Below the pieces are notes generated by a model that was not told the origin of the DNA, searched no databases, and worked only from the letters and a program-made list of their open reading frames with translations. Below, one piece after another: positions 7,857 to 14,925 of a DNA stretch of 32,000 nt. A program made the position numbers and the translations under genes. The stretch is taken from positions 1,795,516 through 1,827,515 of the forward strand of contig NZ_CP133319.1 in NCBI RefSeq assembly GCF_038811545.1, in the 5' to 3' direction. The number at the start of each line of letters is the position of its first letter. Position 1 is the first letter of the stretch. The DNA comes from Rhodoligotrophos ferricapiens (GTDB lineage Bacteria > Pseudomonadota > Alphaproteobacteria > Rhizobiales > Im1).

Positions 7857-8435
7857 TCAGGCCGGCTGGGCAAAATGCTGCCGCACGCGCTCCATCAGCC
7901 AGTCCCAGGCAAGCTGCTCCTGTGGCCCGGCCGTCTTGCTCACCGCAATGCTGAGATAAGCAATCTCCGCCTCGATCTTTTCACGCGGCAGCATGTCGAG
8001 GCGGCTCACCAGAATGGCCAGTTCCACGACCGCCGCTTTGGCGCGGTTGAAGCCCATGAAGGGCGCATGATTGACCACCTCCAGCACCCGGCAGCGAAAG
8101 CGTGGACGCTGTTCATCCTCCTCGACATCCTCAACCACAAGCGTCGCATGCGCGAGGCAAGCGGCAAGCCGCGGCACCGGGAACCCGTCGACGGTTGCAA
8201 GCGGCCAGTCGCGCCGCCCCGTGAGACATCCCGCGATGATCCGGACATCATCGATGAAATTGGCAACCGCAAACGGGTGCGCCCGCAGATTGTCCAGTGT
8301 GCTCGATGGCCGGAAGGGCGCAATGGTCCAATAAGGCTCCTGCACGATGAGCCCCAGCGGCGCGATATGCACCGCGCACTCCGCCTCAGGTCCGTCCGCC
8401 GTCGTCACCACGCATTCGCGGATCATCGGCATCAT
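7857..8435 (-). CDS. DUF447-family protein of the H4MPT island ('orf1'-type), function unknown
   Basis: 192 aa. 4 nt overlap with the upstream DHPS-like gene. Family assignment rests on remembered resemblance (IAPLG...APF, FMGFNRAKAAVVELAILVSR) and conserved island context. Confidence 0.65.
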   Translation of the reverse strand: MMPMIRECVVTTADGPEAECAVHIAPLGLIVQEPYWTIAPFRPSSTLDNLRAHPFAVANFIDDVRIIAGCLTGRRDWPLATVDGFPVPRLAACLAHATLVVEDVEEDEQRPRFRCRVLEVVNHAPFMGFNRAKAAVVELAILVSRLDMLPREKIEAEIAYLSIAVSKTAGPQEQLAWDWLMERVRQHFAQPA

Positions 8436-9832
8436 TCACCGCCCTGCCCTTTTGCGCGCAACGTGTGTCCAGCTCTGGCAAGGCGGGTGAGATCCTCGCT
8501 CGCCCGGTCCACCGCAGCGCCCCAATCGAGCGGCTCATCCTGGGCGAAACGCTTGCCGAGCCTGTAGGCGATCTCGGCCTTCATGAGCTCGGTCCCGAGA
8601 TAGAACGCATGTGGCCCATCCGCTTCAACCCCGAGCAGAGGAAACAGTGACATGGCATCGCCGGCAACGTGATGCCCTTTCGCATTGTAGACGTGAATGC
8701 CATCGTCAGCGACCTCGATCCGGAAATTCGCATCGCGCACCTGCGCCGCCAGCTGCGCGATATCCTCTGGCGAAGACGCAAACGGCGTGCGGTCATGCAA
8801 TTGCAGCAGCATGCGTCCATAATCGCGCGGCAGGCTGAGATCCTCGTGCGCCGCCAGCATGACACGTCGCGCGGCATCGTGCTCCTGGATGGTCCGCCGC
8901 GTATGCCCGCTCACATTGACCACCAGCACATTGTCGATCGTAAGCTCGGAACATATGCCCATGAGCATCGCGGTAATGCCGCCACTGTCAGCGTCCGTAA
9001 GCTCGGTGAGATTACCGGTCCCCATCAGCAGGGGTGCATCGGGATACGCCCGCCGGACCTCGGCATAACGCTCGATGGACGCGGTGAAGCCGAAATGGAT
9101 GGGGTCAAGGATCGGGTCCGCGATCCAGGTCAGCCCCGCCTTCTCCGCGAGCTCCATTGCTTCGTAAAGCGAGGCGAGATCCCCGTGCTTGGAGGGCACC
9201 AGGACCGCGCCGGCCGATGTGTCGCGCGCAATATCGAGTGTGCTGTGACTCAGGCTCAGCAGCCAGTCGACGCCCGCCTCCGCACCGCGCCGCAATTCGC
9301 CCGGATCGGCCGAATCGACGCTGACCGTGAGCCCCGCCCCCTTCAGCGCGCGCACGGCATCTTCGAGATGCGGAAATGGTGTATCCGGCAGACAGCCAAT
9401 ATCGATGACATCGGCGCCTGCCTCGCGCATGGCAAGCGCCCGCTCAAGCAGATGATCGACACTGCAGGACGGCGCATCCACGATTTCGGAGAAAATCCTC
9501 ACCCGATAGCGGGAGAGATCTGGGGCGGTACGGGCGCGGCCGAGAAACACCGGCAGGTCCGCAACCTCGTCTGGGCCGCGCTCGAACCGCACGCCGAAGG
9601 CATCCTGCAATCGGCCGAGATCAACCCGCGCCCGGCCCGGCAGGATGACGCGGTCGGCACGAACAGGTCTTGGCAGCCGCCGCAGGATGATGGCTTCGGT
9701 CATCAGCGCCGCGACCTTGACACCGATATCGAAGATTTCCCAACCGAAGGGAGTATCCCCGAGCCGTTGCAACGTTTTCTCAAGCCGCGGCCGCGCCAGA
9801 TGACCGGTGACGAACAGCAGCGTCTCAGCCAT
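8432..9832 (-). CDS. Dihydropteroate-synthase-like pterin-binding protein with extra N- and C-terminal domains ('orf19'-type; probable H4MPT pterin/RFAP condensing enzyme)
   Basis: 466 aa. Central pterin-binding TIM-barrel-like region (GADVIDIGC, LLMGTGNLTELTDADS). The start overlaps the flavoprotein gene stop by 8 nt (ATGGCTGA). Confidence 0.78.
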   Translation of the reverse strand: MAETLLFVTGHLARPRLEKTLQRLGDTPFGWEIFDIGVKVAALMTEAIILRRLPRPVRADRVILPGRARVDLGRLQDAFGVRFERGPDEVADLPVFLGRARTAPDLSRYRVRIFSEIVDAPSCSVDHLLERALAMREAGADVIDIGCLPDTPFPHLEDAVRALKGAGLTVSVDSADPGELRRGAEAGVDWLLSLSHSTLDIARDTSAGAVLVPSKHGDLASLYEAMELAEKAGLTWIADPILDPIHFGFTASIERYAEVRRAYPDAPLLMGTGNLTELTDADSGGITAMLMGICSELTIDNVLVVNVSGHTRRTIQEHDAARRVMLAAHEDLSLPRDYGRMLLQLHDRTPFASSPEDIAQLAAQVRDANFRIEVADDGIHVYNAKGHHVAGDAMSLFPLLGVEADGPHAFYLGTELMKAEIAYRLGKRFAQDEPLDWGAAVDRASEDLTRLARAGHTLRAKGQGGE

Positions 9833-10394
9833 GGCCGGCCGCCGCCGGTTCGCCAGACAGCTCGGATTTGCGGGCGGCGATGGCTGCCTTCAGCTCATCG
9901 AGGCTTTCAACCACCGTGGTTGCCTCGAACGTCTTCAGCCGCGCCGTGTTCTCAAGATCGATGCGCCGGGGAAAGACCTTGACCATCCCCTTGGGCGCCA
10001 TCGTGTCATGCTCGGGCGCGGTATCACACGCAAACACGATCGCCGGCACCCGGCATTTGCCCGCCTGGGCGAAGATATTGGTCACGAGCGTATCGGAAAT
10101 GCCGAACACGCATTTGGCGACCGTATTGGAGGTCGCCGGCGCCACGATCAGCGTGTGATAGACGCCGTAATAGAAATTGCCGACCGGCGGGGCACTGGCG
10201 GCCTTGTCCTTGTAGATCCTGACGGAGCGATTGAGCGACAGCTCTTTCCGATACATCCGCACGACTTCTTCGGCCGCCTTGCTGACGAAGATGTCGAGAT
10301 GGTCGAGCTCTGCCATCAGCTCCATGGTTTCGGTGACGAAATGCCCCGACCCCGTGATCGCCCATCCCCAGCGTGGTGTGGCGAGCTTACTCAT
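9825..10394 (-). CDS. afpA: AfpA-type (archaeal flavoprotein-like, HFCD-family) flavoprotein
   Basis: 189 aa. WAITGSGHFVTETMELMAEL, DIFVSKAAEEVV and VAPATSNTVAKCVFGISDTLVTN match the flavoprotein (FMN-binding) family pattern. 4 nt overlap with the upstream gene. Confidence 0.72.
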   Translation of the reverse strand: MSKLATPRWGWAITGSGHFVTETMELMAELDHLDIFVSKAAEEVVRMYRKELSLNRSVRIYKDKAASAPPVGNFYYGVYHTLIVAPATSNTVAKCVFGISDTLVTNIFAQAGKCRVPAIVFACDTAPEHDTMAPKGMVKVFPRRIDLENTARLKTFEATTVVESLDELKAAIAARKSELSGEPAAAGHG

Positions 10395-10981
10395 GCCACG
10401 GCGATCCCCTGCCCCAAGGGTCCAATGATGCTGAGACGCACGGGATAGCGCTGGAGCATCTCAGGCAAGGCTTCGTCCACCACGCCCGTTCCGACAAGCA
10501 CGCCAATGTCGCTCTCTGCAACTGGCTCGGCTATGCGCTTGACCAGCACCACGTCGCATGCGCCGAGCTGCCCCGCGAGCCACACAGCAAGACTGTCTGA
10601 GGTGACCCGCCACGACATCTCGATGGATGGATCAGCAAGGGCCATTTGGCTCGGCAGCCATACGGGAATTTGGCCAGCACTCAGCGCTTGCGCGAAACCA
10701 TCGGTGCGGCTGGCCGGCACGTAGCGATCATCAAGGCTGCAGATTGCGAGGCCGAATTGCTCCATCGCGAGCAGCGCCATGTGATGAGCAGCCCTGTCAT
10801 CCAATCCCATCACCGGCTGTGCCTGCCGCACCGCATCCGCGAACGGCCCCCCGCCGGGCACCAGCACCATGGGCCTGCGCCAGCCAGCGAGCGCGTCAAG
10901 CTCATCCGCGAGATCTGGACTGAGCGCATGCGCGCCGCCCAGCTTTACGATCACGAGTCCCGATGCATCCGCCCTATCCAT
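10391..10981 (-). CDS. Amino-acid-kinase (Asp/Glu/uridylate kinase) family protein ('orf20'-type; possible MfnE-like kinase)
   Basis: VIVKLGGAHAL and MVLVPGGGPFADAVR are amino-acid-kinase N-lobe motifs. The track start 11038 would overlap the upstream gene by 65 nt. ATG 10981 (MDRADAS...) gives an 8 nt ATGGATAG overlap and is preferred. Confidence 0.7.
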   Translation of the reverse strand: MDRADASGLVIVKLGGAHALSPDLADELDALAGWRRPMVLVPGGGPFADAVRQAQPVMGLDDRAAHHMALLAMEQFGLAICSLDDRYVPASRTDGFAQALSAGQIPVWLPSQMALADPSIEMSWRVTSDSLAVWLAGQLGACDVVLVKRIAEPVAESDIGVLVGTGVVDEALPEMLQRYPVRLSIIGPLGQGIAVA

Positions 10982-12053
10982 CGGCTCCCATCCTGGCACG
11001 AGTGATCTCGACGCCGATCGCACCCCCGCCAAGCTCAAGCTTGGCCACCCGGATGGTCACCCGCTGCGCTCGTGGTTCAGCAAGAATACGGGCGGCGAGC
11101 GCCTCGGCGAGCGTCTCGACCAAGGTGAAATGGCCGCTTTCGGCAAGCTCCGCCACCGCATCGGTGATCACATCGTATGAAAACACATCCCCCATATCAT
11201 CGCCGCTGGCGCGACGCGGGGCGAGGTCCACCGTCACATCGAAGCGCACCTTCTGCTTGCGGTCGCGCTCCCGTGCATAGGCGCCAAGCGGCATCGAGAC
11301 CACCAGGTCCTGCACGATGACGCGATCCGGCCCGACTGGTGCCACTTTCATTTCAACCGGTTCGCTGGCGGTCGCATGAACCAGGGCAGCGATCGACCGC
11401 ACCACCCGTTCCTCAATTCCTGCCGTGCGGTCACCGTGGCGGCACAGTGCCGTGCGAAAGCCGAGCACATCCGGCTTGAGCGGCAGGAGACGGGGTATGT
11501 CGGGTGCTTCGAGTGCGCCGGCCAATCCGGTGAGCAAGCCAACAGCGCGGCCCCGTTCCACGAAATCGCGCAATGCGCGGATGCTCATCCGCTCCAGAAG
11601 CCGTCCTGCCCCTTTATCCGCCGTATCGAGCATCACGCCCGTAAACCGGTTCGCAGCAAGCCGGCCGGCAAGATCAGCCGGAAAGCCTTGATCTGCGAAC
11701 GCCACCGCAACCAGCTTCACATGCGCCGCACATGGCGCCAGCGCCGCAAGGCAGGCATCGAGCTCCGAGCCGTTATTCGCACCCAACAGCCCCACCTTGA
11801 CGAAGTCGACACCCGTTGCCGACATGGCCTGTACGGCATCCCGCAAAACGGCGGCCTCGAGCGGCAGATCGCCGACCACGGCGCTGGTTGGCACCCGTCC
11901 GCTCACCGCCTGCACGACCCCCTGCACGGTCGCGAGCGGCAAAGCTCCGAGAGCACCCTTGGCCGGATCCTTCAGATCGATGACATCGGCGCCCCCGGCG
12001 ATGGCTGTCTCCGCCTCGTGGGCATTCGTCACACTCGCGAGCATCAAGGTCAT
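10974..12053 (-). CDS. Fusion protein: N-terminal (5-formylfuran-3-yl)methyl phosphate synthase (MfnB/DUF556, 'orf9'-type) plus C-terminal dihydroneopterin aldolase (FolB)-like domain
   Basis: One uninterrupted 359-codon ORF. Residues 1 to about 235 (LASVTNAHEAETAIAGGADVIDLKDPAKGALGALP, VGDLP, DFVKVGL, MLDTADKGAGRLL, LTGLAGAL, LGFRTALC) parallel remembered M. jannaschii MfnB. The last ~120 aa (DRVIVQDLVVSMPLGAYARERDRKQKVRFDVTV...DVFSYDVITDAV...TLVETLAEALAARIL...V.IRVAKL) have the FolB pattern. Confidence 0.75.
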   Translation of the reverse strand: MTLMLASVTNAHEAETAIAGGADVIDLKDPAKGALGALPLATVQGVVQAVSGRVPTSAVVGDLPLEAAVLRDAVQAMSATGVDFVKVGLLGANNGSELDACLAALAPCAAHVKLVAVAFADQGFPADLAGRLAANRFTGVMLDTADKGAGRLLERMSIRALRDFVERGRAVGLLTGLAGALEAPDIPRLLPLKPDVLGFRTALCRHGDRTAGIEERVVRSIAALVHATASEPVEMKVAPVGPDRVIVQDLVVSMPLGAYARERDRKQKVRFDVTVDLAPRRASGDDMGDVFSYDVITDAVAELAESGHFTLVETLAEALAARILAEPRAQRVTIRVAKLELGGGAIGVEITRARMGADG

Positions 12054-13135
12054 CGCACCGCCTCCCAGCTGACTTCCCCAGGATGTGATACCTCATCTTG
12101 CATGAGCAAGGCGACCGCCGCGGCCGGCGCGCAGGCCGAAGCCGCCTCAGCAGCGGCCGGAGACCTCGGAACGAGGCCATCGAAATCGAGATATTCACAC
12201 CCCAAGCGCTGAGCCAGGCGCCGAATCACGGGCCTGCCGATGCCGGCCCCAATCACCGGCATGCTGGCATCCCAGTCACCGCGAGACACCACCAGTGCCA
12301 CCGCCTCTCCCACTTGCCTCAGCTGCATTTCTGCAAACCAACGGCTGAGGGCTTGGCACTCAGCAAGCGTGGCATCAGAAGCGTCCCGACCGATCATGCG
12401 CATGAGGCGCTGACAGGAGGCAGCAACCGTCTTCTCCCGATTGTCAGCCGTCTGATGCTGATCGACCGCCTCGTCGAGCTCGCCAAGAATCCGGAACACA
12501 TCCGCCATCGTGGCGAAATACTCGTTCATCAGCGTGGTCCAGCGGCCGCGGAACGGCGCGCGATCGCAAATCGCCATGAGGAACGAACGGGTATATCCGG
12601 TATAGACGAGCTCCCCCTCGACGAGCCGCTCTGCATCTGTATAGCCACACCCCGCCCAGGCCCCATCCCGCAACGGGATGATGTCGGTCGTGGTGGAGCC
12701 CATATCGACGAACAGCCCATCCTTGCACAGCCGCGCCGCGATGCTGGCGCTGCCATGCCAATTGGCCGAGGCGATATCCAATTCGTGCTGGCCCGCTTGA
12801 TCCGGCGCGATGAAGCCGGCCCGCCCGCCATAGATCTGAACTGTCGCCGGCGCGAGCTTTGCGGCCATGATCGCGCTCAGCCCTCGCACTCCCTCGGCGC
12901 GATTGGCGAAGACATCTGACAGTTCCCCGGTCATGGTGACGCCGTGACGATCCGCACTGCCGACCGTGCGCCGTGCAGCCAGCAACGCATCATCGAGCTG
13001 GTCGAGCCCTTTCCACAGCGGGCACAGCACCTGCACAGCCGCCACGATGCGCCCATCTTCGGCCCGCGCGGCCTTGACATGAGCGCCACCGATGTCCCAT
13101 CCGATCGTCGCTGCCACTGTCATTCCCTCGCCCAT
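12050..13135 (-). CDS. Hydantoinase/oxoprolinase-A-like ASKHA-fold protein of the H4MPT/methylofuran island ('orf22'-type; possible MfnF-like)
   Basis: 361 aa. Phosphate-binding motifs TIGWDIGGAHVKAA and FVDMGSTTTDIIPL. 4 nt overlap with the downstream gene. An alternative start is ATG 13123 (MTVAATIGWDIGG). Confidence 0.72.
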   Translation of the reverse strand: MGEGMTVAATIGWDIGGAHVKAARAEDGRIVAAVQVLCPLWKGLDQLDDALLAARRTVGSADRHGVTMTGELSDVFANRAEGVRGLSAIMAAKLAPATVQIYGGRAGFIAPDQAGQHELDIASANWHGSASIAARLCKDGLFVDMGSTTTDIIPLRDGAWAGCGYTDAERLVEGELVYTGYTRSFLMAICDRAPFRGRWTTLMNEYFATMADVFRILGELDEAVDQHQTADNREKTVAASCQRLMRMIGRDASDATLAECQALSRWFAEMQLRQVGEAVALVVSRGDWDASMPVIGAGIGRPVIRRLAQRLGCEYLDFDGLVPRSPAAAEAASACAPAAAVALLMQDEVSHPGEVSWEAVR

Positions 13136-13154
13136 TCACGTCTCGGTCAGGCAC

Positions 13155-13940
13155 ATGGATATCATCCCGGTCATCGATGTGAAGAACGGCCTAGTCGTCC
13201 ATGCCAGGCGCGGCGAGCGCGGCACCTATCAGCCGATCGCGACACCTTTGAGCGCGACCGCCGAACCTGACGACGTGCTGGCCGGTCTGCTGACCCTCTA
13301 TCCCTTCCGGCACGCCTATATCGCCGACCTCGACGCGATCGCGGGCACCGGCGACAATTCCAGCCTAGCAGCTGATCTCGCCCGGCAATACCCCGGCATG
13401 GAATTCTGGGTAGATCGCGGCACGGCGGATGTGCAGGAAGCCAAAACGTGGCTGGCACGCGAGCCTGGCATACTCGTGCTGGGCAGCGAATCTCAGCGCG
13501 ACGGAAGACACATAGCGATGCTGCGCCATGAGCCGAGGATCGCCCTGTCACTCGACTTCCGCGGCGACGAGTTTATCGGCCCCGCCGAACTGCTGGCAGC
13601 TCCTGATCTCTGGCCCTCACGGGTGATCGTGATGACCCTCGCCAGAGTCGGCAGCGGCATGGGGCCGGATCTTGAACGTCTTGCCCGCATCAAGGCTGCA
13701 TCCGGGAAGCGTAAGATCATTGCTGCGGGCGGCGTGCGTGACGCCGCCGATCTCGCCACGCTCGCCAAAGCGGGCATCTCGGGAGCTCTGGTCGCAACCG
13801 CCCTCCATGATGGCAGGCTCACAACAGCCGATCTCAGGCGCCTGGCCGATAGCGCCGGCAGGAACGCGGCTACTGAGTCGCGATCTGCTCCGCCTTCTTC
13901 ACCAGAACCTCTGCCTGGCGGATCGAGGCATAATCGATGA
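13155..13940 (+). CDS. HisA/HisF-family (beta/alpha)8-barrel protein associated with the H4MPT island, function unknown
   Basis: MDIIPVIDVKNGLVVHARRG at the N-terminus and IIAAGGVRDAADLATLAKAGISGALVATALHDGRL at the C-terminus are HisA/HisF hallmarks. The track start 13092 is rejected because the family begins at M-x-IIP-x-ID. The low-complexity tail overlaps mcl by 71 nt. Confidence 0.72.
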   Translation: MDIIPVIDVKNGLVVHARRGERGTYQPIATPLSATAEPDDVLAGLLTLYPFRHAYIADLDAIAGTGDNSSLAADLARQYPGMEFWVDRGTADVQEAKTWLAREPGILVLGSESQRDGRHIAMLRHEPRIALSLDFRGDEFIGPAELLAAPDLWPSRVIVMTLARVGSGMGPDLERLARIKAASGKRKIIAAGGVRDAADLATLAKAGISGALVATALHDGRLTTADLRRLADSAGRNAATESRSAPPSSPEPLPGGSRHNR

Positions 13941-14847
13941 GCTTGCCATCGAGCGAAACGGCGCCCCGGCCGGCTTTCGCTGCCTCATCCATGGCCTCGA
14001 GGATCCGTCGCGCTTGGGCGATCTCCGCCTCGCTCGGGCTCATCACCTCATTCGCCAAGGCAATTTGCGAGGGATGGATCGCCCACTTTCCCTCGCACCC
14101 CAAAGCGGCTGCCCGTTTCGCCGCCGCGCGATAGCCATCAGGGTCTGAGAAGTCGCCGAACGGGCCATCGATCGGCCGCAACCCATTGGCGCGCGCCGCC
14201 ACCACCATCCGGGCAATCGCATAGTGCCACATATCGCCCCAATAGATCTCCCTCGGGCCATCTCCCTGCTTATCCGCGAGAACAGCGTAATCCGGATTGG
14301 CACCGCCGATATTGGTGGTCTTGGCCTTTGTTGAGGCCGCGTAATCCGCGACACCGAAATGCAGCGACTGGTTGCGTCTGCTCGCAGCGGCAATGGCATT
14401 GATATTCTGCATGCCAAGCGCCGTCTCGATGATGAGCTCGAACCCGATACGCTTCTTGCGCCCCTTGGCCGCTTCGATCTGCGTGACCAGCATGTCGACC
14501 GCATAGACATCGCTCGCCGTTCCGACCTTCGGGATCATGATCAGATCGAGCCGGTCGCCAGCCTGCTCGAGCACATCCACCACATCCCGGTACATGTAGT
14601 GGGTATCGAGCCCATTGATCCTGACCGACAGGCTCTTATTGCCCCAGTCGATATCGTTGATGGCTTCGATGACGTTCTTACGCGCTTGCGGCTTGTCGTC
14701 GGGCGCCACCGCATCCTCGAGGTCGAGGAAGATCACATCCGCAGCCGATTTCGCCGCCTTCTCGAACAGCTTGGTCTGGCTGCCCGGCACGGCAAGTTCG
14801 CTGCGATTGAGGCGGGGCTCGGCCTGCTCGACGATGTGGAAGCTCAT
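13870..14847 (-). CDS. mcl: L-malyl-CoA/beta-methylmalyl-CoA lyase (serine cycle / ethylmalonyl-CoA pathway)
   Basis: MSFHIVEQAEPRLNRSELAVPGS..DVIFLDLEDAVAPDDK..SVRINGLDTHYMYRDVVD..GLRPIDGPFGDFSDPDGY..GKWAIHPSQI..AAKAGRGAVSLDG is near-collinear with remembered MclA of M. extorquens. Start moved from 14889 to ATG 14847, which is preceded by GGAGAG. Confidence 0.9.
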   Translation of the reverse strand: MSFHIVEQAEPRLNRSELAVPGSQTKLFEKAAKSAADVIFLDLEDAVAPDDKPQARKNVIEAINDIDWGNKSLSVRINGLDTHYMYRDVVDVLEQAGDRLDLIMIPKVGTASDVYAVDMLVTQIEAAKGRKKRIGFELIIETALGMQNINAIAAASRRNQSLHFGVADYAASTKAKTTNIGGANPDYAVLADKQGDGPREIYWGDMWHYAIARMVVAARANGLRPIDGPFGDFSDPDGYRAAAKRAAALGCEGKWAIHPSQIALANEVMSPSEAEIAQARRILEAMDEAAKAGRGAVSLDGKLIDYASIRQAEVLVKKAEQIATQ

Positions 14848-14925
14848 GGGGGCGCTCTCTCCAGAAAACCTGTCCGAACCGCAGAGCAACCGAGACGCAG
14901 CCCCAAGTCAAGACGATCGCTCGAC

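Noticed and set aside
13440-13475. TGGCAC / TGGCAT strings resembling sigma54 -24 elements inside the HisA-like gene.
   Set aside because: The GG-to-GC spacing is off by one, there is no TTGC -12 element, and the strings lie inside a coding sequence.
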